A stretch of 64,000 nucleotides of DNA from an uncultured Gemmatimonadales bacterium (GTDB taxonomy: Bacteria > Gemmatimonadota > Gemmatimonadetes > Gemmatimonadales > GWC2-71-9). A program made the translations under genes and the position numbers. The stretch is from positions 64,001 through 128,000 of the forward strand of contig CAWCFX010000003.1 in NCBI GenBank assembly GCA_963795085.1, in the 5' to 3' direction. Below the pieces are notes generated by a model. The model had not been told where the DNA came from, did no database searches, and saw only the letters and a program-made list of their open reading frames with translations. Positions 29,540 to 39,107 of the stretch are shown one piece after another; positions within the stretch are counted from its first letter, which is position 1, and the number at the start of each line of letters is the position of its first letter.

Positions 29540-29614
29540 TGGGCGAAGAGGGATTCGAACCCCCGACATCCTGCGTGTAAGGCAGGCGCTCTGAACCAGC
29601 TGAGCTATTCGCCC
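29540..29614 (-). tRNA. tRNA-Val(TAC), CCA not fully encoded
   Basis: GGGCGAA acceptor stem, TAGCTCAG, CCTGC-CTTACAC-GCAGG anticodon arm, GGTTCGAAT T loop. Confidence 0.97.
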
Positions 29615-29622
29615 GTTGCTGG

Positions 29623-29815
29623 TTACAGGGCGATGCCCAACGGAAAGAGGACACAGTACCCCAGTACCAGCAGGGTAGCCGCAACCGTCGTGCCGCCGTC
29701 CTGCAGCAGCATATACCCTAACCCCAGCGAAAGGACCGCCGAGGCCAGGAGCAGATAGTTCTTCCGCCCCAGGAAGGGGGGGGGAGGGTGTTTGGGCCGG
29801 CGCTCGAGTAGCCAT
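29623..29815 (-). pseudogene. Small two-TM membrane protein (DUF3098-like), frameshifted at a C9 tract
   Basis: Removing one base from G9 (29776-29784) joins ATG 29815 to FLGRKNYLLLASAVLSLGLGYMLL...TVAATLLVLGYCVLFPLGIAL* (63 aa); no in-frame start precedes the TM frame. Confidence 0.75.
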
Positions 29816-29823
29816 AGACCTAG

Positions 29824-29853
29824 ACGTTAACGGGTTAAACTGGCCTCAGTCAA
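29824..29853 (-). promoter_or_regulatory. sigma70-type promoter for small gene / tRNA-Val / TPR unit
   Basis: TTGACT (29853-29848), 18-nt spacer, TAACGT (29829-29824), 8 nt before ATG 29815. Confidence 0.6.
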
Positions 29854-29875
29854 GGCGCTGCGACACACCGTCCCC

Positions 29876-30778
29876 TCATTGGGACAGGGGGCTCTCGCCC
29901 GGGTCAACGGGGTCATCGGGCGGGAGTTCCCACCCGTGGTTGAGGGCCAGCCGCCGGGGCCGGTCGGCCCGGCGGCGGACCCACCACGCCACCCCCACCA
30001 GCAAGCTTATCACCAGCCAGAACCCGCCCGCGCTGAGCCAGATCACGAAATTGTACTTTCGCTTGATGGTCCGCTGCCAGTCGGCCTCGAAAACAGTAAG
30101 CGGGAGCCCGGTCGATCCGAGGACGGCGGTTTCAAAGCTCTCTCCCCTGGAAAGTCGGCCCAGGAGATCATCCAGTGACTGGCCCGGATTGCGCCGCGCC
30201 AGTTCCAGGACGGCCGACATGGCCAGCGTGTAGGCCTTCTCCGCCGCGTTGGCGTTGGCCCGCAGGCTGCCGTCGAGGTCCCGGAAGCCGGGGAAGTCTC
30301 GCCTTAACACGATCCAGCTCAGCCGGAAGGCGTCCATCCGGTCCCATTCGCCGGAGGCAACGGCCGCGTAGCCTTCGTCGAACCATAGGGGGAGCCGCAC
30401 CCGCACCGCATCGTGCAGCACCAGGTGGGCCAGTTCATGTCGCAAGGTTTGTCGGGGATCCCCGCCGTCGGCGCGGATAATGACCGTCCGGCTGGAGGGG
30501 AACGCGAGGCCGGCGCCCCAGGATGGAGCGCGGTTGCCGGACATCCGGCGCATCGCGGCCGCATCCGGGACCACGACCAGCCGGATCCGGCCGGCGCTTC
30601 GGCGGCCCAGCCCCATCCATTCAGCGGGACGGTCGGCCGCCTCGGCCAGCGCCAGCGCCAGCCGGGATTCCGATGGCCACGCCACCACGCTGACGTCGCC
30701 GACGTGGATGATCGAGGCCAGCGTGTCCTGGGCCGGCAGCGCCGCGGGACCGGCGAGGGCGAGCAGGAGCGCGATCAG
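29876..30778 (-). CDS. Membrane-anchored peptidase MA-clan (HExxH) protein
   Basis: LRHELAH...PLWFDEGYA, C-terminal TM; signal-peptide-like segment in frame from CTG 30778 (first canonical start is GTG 30688). Confidence 0.78.
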   Translation of the reverse strand: MIALLLALAGPAALPAQDTLASIIHVGDVSVVAWPSESRLALALAEAADRPAEWMGLGRRSAGRIRLVVVPDAAAMRRMSGNRAPSWGAGLAFPSSRTVIIRADGGDPRQTLRHELAHLVLHDAVRVRLPLWFDEGYAAVASGEWDRMDAFRLSWIVLRRDFPGFRDLDGSLRANANAAEKAYTLAMSAVLELARRNPGQSLDDLLGRLSRGESFETAVLGSTGLPLTVFEADWQRTIKRKYNFVIWLSAGGFWLVISLLVGVAWWVRRRADRPRRLALNHGWELPPDDPVDPGESPLSQ

Positions 30779-31650
30779 GCCGGGGCGGCGGGCCGCGGCG
30801 GCTCTCCTCCGGCCGCGGTGGTGTCCAGCATTTCCTTGCAGCGTTTGCCCCAGGGGTTGAAGCGATTGGCTTTATAGCCGTCGTTCCATAGTTGCGCCGC
30901 CTGGTCCTGCTCGCCGGCGAACCAGTGGGCACGGCCCAGTTCGTAGTAGGCTTCGATCAGGTTGGGTCCCAGGTGGAGGGTCTTGCGGAAGAACACCTGC
31001 GCGTCCTCGAACATCTCCCTTTCCAGGTACACCAGCCCGAGGTAGAAATGGGCGTAGAGCGTGGCCTTGCGGTCGTTGTCCAGCCGAATGGCCTTTGACA
31101 GGTGCTCGATGGCTTCGCCGAAGATCCGCTTCTTGAGACAGATGTATCCCACGTTGATACGGGCGAGCGAGTTCGCCGGTTCCCGCATCAGGACCTTGCT
31201 GAACGTCGCGAGGGCCTCGTCATAATCTTCGTGCAGCATCTGGGCCCACCCCAGCAGCGACTGCGCCTGGACATCGCCCGGCGAGAGCGCCAGGGCCTTG
31301 CCCAGGGCCTGGATGGCTCCGGCGTGGTCGCCGAGGGAAATGAGACTCCACCCTTTTTCGATGTATGTCGAGGCACCCAGGTGATCCTGGTGGATGGCCG
31401 GGCGGGCCCCGGTAAACTGGGGCGCCTGGGCGGTGTCCGCATCCAGAGCGATCTGCTTGTAACGTTCGACCAGGGCGCGAATATCCTCCTTCAACCTGGT
31501 CAGGTCGGCCAGCGCGGCATCCACTTCCTTGAAGTAGGCGATGATCTCGCGCTTCAATGCCTCCCGGTCCACCGTGGTCGTCGCCCGGTCGATCCGGTCG
31601 GAGAGTTCCTGGTAGCGGGCCTTGAGGCCGTTGACCGACAGATCGCTCAT
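30775..31650 (-). CDS. Coiled-coil + TPR protein
   Basis: N-terminal heptad-rich helix, then ~5 TPRs (e.g. AHFYLGLVYLE, AYYELGRAHW). Confidence 0.85.
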   Translation of the reverse strand: MSDLSVNGLKARYQELSDRIDRATTTVDREALKREIIAYFKEVDAALADLTRLKEDIRALVERYKQIALDADTAQAPQFTGARPAIHQDHLGASTYIEKGWSLISLGDHAGAIQALGKALALSPGDVQAQSLLGWAQMLHEDYDEALATFSKVLMREPANSLARINVGYICLKKRIFGEAIEHLSKAIRLDNDRKATLYAHFYLGLVYLEREMFEDAQVFFRKTLHLGPNLIEAYYELGRAHWFAGEQDQAAQLWNDGYKANRFNPWGKRCKEMLDTTAAGGEPPRPAAPA

Positions 31651-32150
31651 GAAGTCCCGCTCCCGGAGGTTTTCTTCCCCCGGCTCGCCGGAGGGGCCAC
31701 GTCGGCGAGGGCAATCCGTTCGCTGGCGTTGAGCAGCCGCGCGGCCTGCAGCATGACAATGGTCCGGTTGGGGCGAGAGATAATGCCCGCGATATAATCC
31801 GCGGCCAGCCCCCTCACCATGGGCGGGGGGGTGGCGATGGTGGTGCTGTCCACCCGGGTCACCTCCAGCACCTGATCAACCAGCACACCGACTTTCCCCT
31901 CGTCCAGCCGGAGCACCATGATCCGCACATCCTCGGACAGATCGGCCTGGACCTGCAGCCGCTTGCGAAGGTCGACGACCGGGACCACGGCGTTGCCGTA
32001 CTGGACGACGCCTTCCAGGAAATCCGGGGCGTTGGGCAGCGAGGCCGGCCGCTCGTAGCGAAGGATGCGTTCGATCTGAAAGATATCGAGCGCGAACTCC
32101 TGGGAACCTACCCGGAAGATGACTACCTGGATTTCGTCTGCTGCCGTCAC
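31647..32150 (-). CDS. cheW: Chemotaxis adaptor CheW (third copy)
   Basis: QVVIFRVGSQEFALDI..IERI, LPNAPDFLEGV, VVPVVDLRKRL, GVLVDQV. Confidence 0.92.
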   Translation of the reverse strand: MTAADEIQVVIFRVGSQEFALDIFQIERILRYERPASLPNAPDFLEGVVQYGNAVVPVVDLRKRLQVQADLSEDVRIMVLRLDEGKVGVLVDQVLEVTRVDSTTIATPPPMVRGLAADYIAGIISRPNRTIVMLQAARLLNASERIALADVAPPASRGKKTSGSGTS

Positions 32151-32569
32151 GCGGGTGCCTCCGGAATGGTGAGACGATCGCCGACCCTGGCCAGGTCCAG
32201 CAGGGGCACCAGGCCGGTTGGAAGCCGGACCACGCCGGATGCCCACGGCAGCTTCTCCCCGGGAGGTGCCTCCATGGCCGTCCCCGCTACGATGGCTTCG
32301 GCATCGTCGACCTCGAGGCAGACTTCCCGGCCGCCCAGGGAGAGCACGACCGAGGTTCCCCCGGTATCCCCCGCGCCGGTGCCAATCAAGGTGCCCAGGG
32401 CGACCACCGGCAGGATGCGGCCCCGGGCGGCCGTCACTCCGCGGCAGGCAGCGGCGCTCGTCGGTACCGGATGCACCGTCCCCAGCGCCTCCACGGCGAC
32501 CACGAACTCGACCGGCAGACCCACCCGCCGGGACCCGAGGCGGACCAGGAGAAACTGCACCCCGCTCAT
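32147..32569 (-). CDS. cheW: Divergent CheW-like protein (second copy)
   Basis: [18 protein letters not shown]...[19 protein letters not shown]. Confidence 0.8.
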   Translation of the reverse strand: MSGVQFLLVRLGSRRVGLPVEFVVAVEALGTVHPVPTSAAACRGVTAARGRILPVVALGTLIGTGAGDTGGTSVVLSLGGREVCLEVDDAEAIVAGTAMEAPPGEKLPWASGVVRLPTGLVPLLDLARVGDRLTIPEAPA

Positions 32570-33633
32570 TGGCGAGCCATCCGGGCCAGGACATCAGTGA
32601 CCCGCCGCGCCAGCAGGCCCAGCGGCAGGACGTGGTCCACGCCTCCCGCCTGCACCGCCGCGTTGGGCATCCCGTAGACCGTGGACGTGGAGCGATCCTG
32701 GGCCAGTCCGCATCCGCCCGCATCGTGAATGGCTCGAAGCCCCACCGCGCCATCCCGGCCCAGCCCGGTCAGCACCACGCCGACGGTGGCCGGGCCATAG
32801 GTATCCGCGACGGAACGAAAGAGCGGATCGGCGGCGGGCCGAACCCCCCAGACCGCAGGAGACTGGTCCAGTACGATGACCGGCCCGCCTTCGCGCATTT
32901 CCACTCTCATATGATAATCGCCCGGCGCCACGAAGGCGGTGTCCGCCTGGAGGGGCGCACCGTCCCACGCTTCCACGACGGAGAGCCGGCTCTGTCCATC
33001 CAGCCGTTCGGCCAGTCCGCGGGTAAACGCCGCCGGCATGTGCTGGACGATAAGAATCGCGGCACCCTGCCCCGGCGCCAGCTGGGGCACCACCTCGGCC
33101 AGCGCGCGAGGCCCGCCGGTCGAGGCGGCGATCGCAACGCAGCGGCCGGCGAGCCCCGCGGCGACCAGATCGCGCCGCCCCCGCTGGGGAGGCCGGGCCA
33201 GCACCGGGATCCTGGAGACATCCGCCACCGCCGCCGCGCGGAGGGCCTGCAGCAGCCGGGGACCGAGCCGTTGGAGACCCTCCCGGCTGGGGCGCTGTTC
33301 CTTGTCGACAATCTCCACCGCGCCCAGTTCCAGCGCCCGGATCGCGCCGCTGCTGCCGGCTCCCGCGTGCGCGCTTACCACGACGATGGGGCGCGGAATT
33401 TCCGACATGATGTACCCGATCGCCGCCGGGCCATCCAGTTCCGGCATGTCGAGGTCCATCGTGATCAGGTCGGGAAGGTGCTGGTGCACCTTCTGGAGGC
33501 CATCGTGGCCGTTGCGGGCGGTGGCGGTGACCAGGAACTCACCCGAGGAATTGATGATCTCCGTCAGCACCTGGCGGACCAGGGCGCTGTCGTCGACCAC
33601 CAGGACCCGGAGGACTCTAGAGTCGGTGTTCAC
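32566..33633 (-). CDS. cheB: Protein-glutamate methylesterase CheB (REC + methylesterase)
   Basis: VDDS, TMDLDMP receiver; ASTGGP, VQHMP, TGLGRDG catalytic S-H-D. Confidence 0.96.
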   Translation of the reverse strand: MNTDSRVLRVLVVDDSALVRQVLTEIINSSGEFLVTATARNGHDGLQKVHQHLPDLITMDLDMPELDGPAAIGYIMSEIPRPIVVVSAHAGAGSSGAIRALELGAVEIVDKEQRPSREGLQRLGPRLLQALRAAAVADVSRIPVLARPPQRGRRDLVAAGLAGRCVAIAASTGGPRALAEVVPQLAPGQGAAILIVQHMPAAFTRGLAERLDGQSRLSVVEAWDGAPLQADTAFVAPGDYHMRVEMREGGPVIVLDQSPAVWGVRPAADPLFRSVADTYGPATVGVVLTGLGRDGAVGLRAIHDAGGCGLAQDRSTSTVYGMPNAAVQAGGVDHVLPLGLLARRVTDVLARMARQ

Positions 33634-34108
33634 TCTGATTGGCCGCTGACCGCACCACGACGGCCCCGTCGGACGGGTAAAACCAGACGGAGCGACCCGA
33701 CTCCCCGCCGACCAGCTCGCCGATGATCGGCACCCCAAGCTGGTTCAGCACGTCCCGGGTGGCCACCACGTTGCGCTCGCCCATCTGGATCGACCCGGGG
33801 GGGGACAGCGCCGCGAACAGGCTGGCCCCGCCGACCAGCCGGGCGCTCACCCGGCGGGGGACCGCACCGAGACCGGTGAGCCGGTCCAGGAGCGCCGGCA
33901 CCGCCCCCTGCGGGGTCTTGGCGGGATTGTCATCCTTCCGCACCAGTGAGCGGGAGGGCAACATGATGTGGGCCATGCCTCCCACCTTCTTGACCGGATC
34001 GTAGAGCACGATCGCGACGCAACTGCCGAGCCCGTAGGTCACCAGCACTTCGCCGCTCACGCCGGTATTCAGGTCGGCGACCCGGACGATGATCTCGCGG
34101 CCCGTCAT
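33617..34108 (-). CDS. cheD: Chemoreceptor glutamine deamidase CheD
   Basis: [10 protein letters not shown]...GGMAHIMLP (catalytic Cys/His), [19 protein letters not shown]. Confidence 0.95.
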   Translation of the reverse strand: MTGREIIVRVADLNTGVSGEVLVTYGLGSCVAIVLYDPVKKVGGMAHIMLPSRSLVRKDDNPAKTPQGAVPALLDRLTGLGAVPRRVSARLVGGASLFAALSPPGSIQMGERNVVATRDVLNQLGVPIIGELVGGESGRSVWFYPSDGAVVVRSAANQSEHRL

Positions 34109-34926
34109 GCCGGCCGCCGATAGACGCGCTCCCGGGCGTCCACCAGCTCGAGCCGGTCACGCATGGGCCCGAGAATCGTTTCCACCTTGCCCAGCACCAG
34201 GATTCCGCCGGGACGCAGCGATTCGGTAAACAGGGTAAAGAGCCGTTCCTGCATGGCCCGGTCGAAGTAGATCAGCACGTTGCGGCAAACGATGAGGTCG
34301 TAGGGAGCATGGCGGGGAGTATCCCGGGTCAGGTCCAGCCGGTTGACGTGGACCACCCGCCGAATCGGATCGGTAACGAGGCGGCTGCCCGGATCGGCCG
34401 GTTCAGTGTACCGGTCGATGTACTCTTCCGGCGCCTCGCTGAAGGCGCCCAGCGGATAGGCCCCGATGCGGGCCCGGTCGAGGCTGACCCGGTCGATGTC
34501 GGTCGCGTCGATGGCCAGCCGGTGCATCCATTCCGGGTGCCCCGCCTTGAGCGCGACTTCCGCAAACAGCATCGCCAGGGAGTACGGCTCCTCGCCGCTG
34601 GCGCATCCGGCGCTCCAGACCCGGAGCACGCGGCCGGCGTCCCGCCACAGCCCGGCTACGACGTCCTGCTGCAGCCGCTGCCACAGTTCGATGTTGCGGA
34701 AGAACTTGGTGACGTTGATGGTGAGCACATCGGAAAGCTTCTGCAGTTCGTCCGGCGTGCGCTCCAGGATGGCGAGATACTCGTCGTAGGTCGCCACGTT
34801 GTGGGCCCGCATCCGGACCGCGATGCGGCGCTTGAGGCAGCGCGGCTTGTATGCCTCGGTGGAGAGGCCGGCGACTTCGCTGATACGGCGGGTCAACTGG
34901 GCAAAGCTCGCATCGTCCGTGGTCAT
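34105..34926 (-). CDS. cheR: Protein-glutamate O-methyltransferase CheR
   Basis: TINVTKFFRN, WSAGCASGEEPYS, ATDID, CRNVLIYF. Confidence 0.96.
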   Translation of the reverse strand: MTTDDASFAQLTRRISEVAGLSTEAYKPRCLKRRIAVRMRAHNVATYDEYLAILERTPDELQKLSDVLTINVTKFFRNIELWQRLQQDVVAGLWRDAGRVLRVWSAGCASGEEPYSLAMLFAEVALKAGHPEWMHRLAIDATDIDRVSLDRARIGAYPLGAFSEAPEEYIDRYTEPADPGSRLVTDPIRRVVHVNRLDLTRDTPRHAPYDLIVCRNVLIYFDRAMQERLFTLFTESLRPGGILVLGKVETILGPMRDRLELVDARERVYRRPA

Positions 34927-36545
34927 GACGCGACGTTCCCCAGGGTTTCCAGATTGGTCCGGGCCAGCTGGTGCCCGGGGTTCAGCACCGTCGCCTGCTG
35001 CCACCAGGCGCGGGCCCGCTCCTGGTCCCGACGGCGAAAGGCGATATTGCCCATCTTGAAATAGAGGTCGTCACCCAGGTCGGGATTGAGTTTGGCGGCC
35101 CGCTCGTAGGCATCGAGAGCCTCGTCGTACCGGCCGGCGCGGTACAGCAGGTCGCCCAGGTTCTTGGATATCTGGGAGTACGACGGCTCCTCCGCCAGCG
35201 CCGATCGGGCCATGACCTCGGCGCCGGCCAGGTCGCCGGTGAGCTCGAGCAGCACCGCCAGGTTATTGCGAATGACGGCGTTCCCGGGGTGGGCCTGGAC
35301 ACCTTCCTGCGCGGTGCGCACCGCGCCGCCGAGGTCGTCCGCGCCGGCCGCCGCCAGCGACGCGGCCCAGAACCAGGTGGCCGGCGGTGGCCGCTCCCCC
35401 CAGACCTCGCGGGCCCGGGCCAGCCGGGCCACCGCCACCCCCGGGTCGCCCCGCTTGAGGGCGGCAATGCCCCAGCTCAGCATGTACCGGGCATCGTCGC
35501 GGGCCCGGCTCACCGCGTCGGCGTAGGCGGCTTCCGCGTCGTCGAGCCGTCCCATCTGCTCCAGCGCGAAGCCCAGATTGTGCAGCACCGAGGGCCGGGC
35601 TCCCCCCAGGTCGGCCGCCTGCCGCAGGCAGGACACCGCCTCGGGCCAGCGGGCTTGCCGGAGAGCGATCAGGCCCAGGTAGAACGCGGCGCTGGGTTCC
35701 CGGGGCCGCAGTTCCGCCACCCGGCGGAACTCCCGCAACGCTTCGTCCAGCATTCCGGTCTTGTAGAAAGCGATCCCCAGGTTCCGGTGCTCGTCCACCC
35801 GGCCTTCGGGCGCCTGGGGTGCCGGGTTCGGCACCGAGGACCCGGTGCGGTGGGCAAACCCGGCCGTGATCAGGCCGTACAGGGCCTTGCCGGCCTCGAA
35901 CTCAATCAGCCCGGAATCCTCGAAGACCTGCTGCACGTCCCGGGATCCATCGAGCAGGGGGAGGATCCGCTCCTGGCTCGGCGACAGCCGCACATCGGAC
36001 TGGGCCAGGTGCTCGCGGTCCAGCGCGAAGATCAGGTCCAGGGCCGGGATTTTTTTCTCGATCAGGCTCCACTCGTCCACCCGGCGGGCGCCTTCCAGGA
36101 GGAGCGACTCCGGGTTGATCTGGACCAGGAAGTCTTCCCGCTCAGGGCGGACCCCCGCCTCGAAGTTGAAAGTCCCCGAGTTCCAGGTGAAAAGGAAGTA
36201 CACCGCTTCCTCGATCTGGAGGCGCATGTATTCCTCCAGCTCTTCACGCGAGATCGCATTGATCTCGACCAGGATCTGACCCAGTTTGGTGTCCCGCTTC
36301 TCGGTCTGCATGTCCACCGCCTGTTGCAGCTGGGCGGCCGAGATGCGGTTGTTCTTCACCAGGATGTCGCCCAGCCGGTCCCGGCGGTTGACGATCGAGG
36401 CGTAGCAGATCTTGCCCAGGTCGAAGTAGATATAGCCGAAGTTGTGGCGGTCGGCGACAGCGAGCAGGCCGGTCTTGCGGCCCAGCGCCAGCAGCTGCAG
36501 CACGTCGGGCAGACTGGCTTCCTTGAGACTCCCCTTGATGGCCAT
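34923..36545 (-). CDS. DUF4388 (PATAN-like) + tandem MshEN-like motifs + TPR protein
   Basis: [61 protein letters not shown] repeats; ~8 C-terminal TPRs. Confidence 0.88.
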   Translation of the reverse strand: MAIKGSLKEASLPDVLQLLALGRKTGLLAVADRHNFGYIYFDLGKICYASIVNRRDRLGDILVKNNRISAAQLQQAVDMQTEKRDTKLGQILVEINAISREELEEYMRLQIEEAVYFLFTWNSGTFNFEAGVRPEREDFLVQINPESLLLEGARRVDEWSLIEKKIPALDLIFALDREHLAQSDVRLSPSQERILPLLDGSRDVQQVFEDSGLIEFEAGKALYGLITAGFAHRTGSSVPNPAPQAPEGRVDEHRNLGIAFYKTGMLDEALREFRRVAELRPREPSAAFYLGLIALRQARWPEAVSCLRQAADLGGARPSVLHNLGFALEQMGRLDDAEAAYADAVSRARDDARYMLSWGIAALKRGDPGVAVARLARAREVWGERPPPATWFWAASLAAAGADDLGGAVRTAQEGVQAHPGNAVIRNNLAVLLELTGDLAGAEVMARSALAEEPSYSQISKNLGDLLYRAGRYDEALDAYERAAKLNPDLGDDLYFKMGNIAFRRRDQERARAWWQQATVLNPGHQLARTNLETLGNVAS

Positions 36546-38475
36546 CAGCGCAGGTCCTCCACGATCCGGTCGGCGGAGTCGGGCCAGTCCCAGATCATCT
36601 TCTCGGAACTGCGAACCGTCCCGGAGGGCAAGGCGACCACGCCGCTCACCCGGTTCCCCCCGCTCCGCCTGGGGGGCTTGGGGGCGGACCTTCGAGGAGC
36701 TCGCGGGCGAGCGCGGCGGTGGGCGGCTCCTGGCGGGTTTCGGCGGCGCTCACCACCCGCTGCAGGATCCCCTGCAGCGTCCGCACGGAGTCCACCGACC
36801 GTCCCGCCAGGTATTCTGCCAGCTCCTGATTACCGCCGCCGGTGCCTTGCCGCACCAGACGCTCCAGCACCGCGACCCGCACTTCCCGCTCCGGGGGCGG
36901 CAGGTGCACCACCAACCCCCCCTCAAGGCGGCTGATCAGGCGGGGTTCCACTCCCGTCAGTTCACCCAGCGGCATCGGGCTGGTGAAGACCATCTGCCGG
37001 CCTTCCTTCAACAGGTGGTTGAAGAGCCAGAAGAACTCTTCCTGCGTCCGCTCCTTACTGTGCAGCAACTGGATATCGTCGAGCAGAAACGCGGTCACCC
37101 GGCGATACCGGGATCGCCACCAGGCCACCCGGTCGCGGTCGATGGCCGCGATGAGGTCGTCGACCAGCTCCTGGGTGTTGAGACAGGCCACCAGCGCCCC
37201 ATCGTGCCGGGCCAGCCCGTTGCCGATGGCGTGGAGGAGGTGGGTCTTGCCGGTCCCGCTGGGGCCGACCACCACCAGCGGGTTGTATTTGAGCGCCGGA
37301 TGCTCCACCGCCATGAGCGCCGCGCGTACCGCGATCCGGTTTCCGGGTCCCTCGGCGAAATCGGAGAGTTGCCAGAAAGGCGAGGGCCCCGGCGGCGGGG
37401 TCGCCCCTTCCCGGGCCCGGGCCAGCAGTGCGGCGGCATCATCGACCCGGTCGGGATCGCGGAACACCGCCTCGCCGCCGAGGCTGGCGTCGATGTCCAC
37501 GGCATCGGCCTCGATCGCGCGAAGCCGCTCGACATCCTCCGCAAACTGGCGCAGGGTGGCGTCGGGGTCGGCGGGGGAGTCCTGTTCCAGAAGCGCGCTC
37601 AGCCGGCTGACCCGGTACCCTTCGCCTTCCCACCGCATCACCGCCTCGGCCACCCGGGTGCGCCAGGCCTCCACCTGCTGGGCGACGGTGTGGGAAATCT
37701 CGGACAGGAAGCTGCCGAACTCGTCGGCCTCGGGGGGCGGCGGGGTGACGCCCAGGGGCACCCCGCCGAGCACCACCCGGGCCTGGGCCGGGTCGAGCGG
37801 CTGATCACTCACCGCCTGGAACGCGATCAACCGGTTGAGCGCGCCGATCAGCTCGCGCACGTTGGTGATCGCCAGCGATGCGACCGCTTCCAGCACACCG
37901 GCGGCGAATTCCGCCCGCCGCTCCTCGGCGTGGCGCCGCACGATGGCCACCCGGGTCTCGTAGTCGGGGGCGGCGATGTCGATCACCAGGCCGCCGGCGA
38001 ACCGCTGGATCAACCGCTCGTCCAGTGACTCGATGTCCGCCGGGCTCCGATCGCTGGTCAGGACGATCTGCCGGCTCGCGGTCTGCATCGCGTTGATGAC
38101 CCGGAGCAATTCGGCCTGCATCTCGCGCCGCCGGTCAAGGAACTGGACATCGTCGACCAGCAGCAGGTCCACCTCGGTGAATCGGCGGCGGTAGGCCTCG
38201 CCCTGGCCGGCGGCGACGGCGGCGTGGAAGGACTCCATGAAATCGTCGAGGGTGAGGTACTCGACGGCGAGGGCGGGATTGATCAGCCGCGCGGCATGAG
38301 CTACGGCCATGAGCAGGTGGGTCTTGCCCAGTCCGGGGCCGCTGTAGATGAACAGCGGGTTGTAGGCCACGCCGGGGCTCTCGGCCACCGACTTGGCGGC
38401 CGAGACCGCCAGCCGGTTGGCGGAGCCCACCACGAACGTATCGAAGCGGAACCGGGGATTCAGGTCCGCGGTCAC
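36545..38475 (-). CDS. DnaA/Hda-like protein with two tandem AAA+ modules, no DNA-binding domain; apparent 1-nt frameshift near the 3' end
   Basis: Module 1: [42 protein letters not shown]; module 2: [34 protein letters not shown]. Uncorrected ORF stops at 36646; shifted frame runs to a TGA overlapping the next ATG. Confidence 0.88.
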
Positions 38476-39074
38476 TTCAAGGCGCCCCCGGCGGCCAGTT
38501 TCTTGAGCACGGCCTCGCTGATGCCTTTCAAGGTTTCGAACACCCCGCCCCCGTGGAGCGCATCAGCGCTGAAACTCCGCACCATCCGGAAGTTGAGCGC
38601 ATCGTCCAGCTCGGCCTGGGTGAGAATGAGATCCCGCGGCAGGTCCTGCTTGTTGTACTGGAGGACGACCGGGAATGTCCGGACGTCGATACCCTGCTGC
38701 AGGAGATTACCGTGGAGGTTCTGCAGGCTCTCCAGGTTCTCTTCGAAGCGGCGGGCCTGGCTGTCGGCGACGAACACCACGCCGTCGGCGCCCTGCAGGA
38801 CCAGCTGCCGGGTCGCATTGTAGTAGACCTGCCCCGGCACCGTGTAGATCTGGAACCGGGTCTTGAACCCCGAGATCACGCCCAGGTCGATGGGCAGGAA
38901 ATCGAAGAACAGGGTGCGGTCCGTCTGGGTCGCGAGCGATACCATGCGGCCGCGCCGCGATTCCGGCACCCGGCCATACACGTACTGCAGGTTGGTCGTC
39001 TTGCCCGAGCGTCCCGGCCCGTAGTAGACGATCTTGCAGGTGATCTCGCGAGTGGTGAAGTTGACGAGTGACAT
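38472..39074 (-). CDS. mglA: MglA small Ras-like GTPase
   Basis: [50 protein letters not shown]. Confidence 0.97.
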   Translation of the reverse strand: MSLVNFTTREITCKIVYYGPGRSGKTTNLQYVYGRVPESRRGRMVSLATQTDRTLFFDFLPIDLGVISGFKTRFQIYTVPGQVYYNATRQLVLQGADGVVFVADSQARRFEENLESLQNLHGNLLQQGIDVRTFPVVLQYNKQDLPRDLILTQAELDDALNFRMVRSFSADALHGGGVFETLKGISEAVLKKLAAGGALK

Positions 39075-39107
39075 TCAGTCCGGTCTCTGGGTCACGGCGG
39101 TCTCCGG

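Noticed and set aside
29504..29815. 103-aa ORF from the track
   Set aside because: Runs through tRNA-Val; explained by the frameshifted small TM gene
36646..38475. Chromosomal dnaA / oriC region
   Set aside because: No domain I or IV, no dnaN/recF/gyrB neighbours, no DnaA-box cluster or AT-rich unwinding element seen
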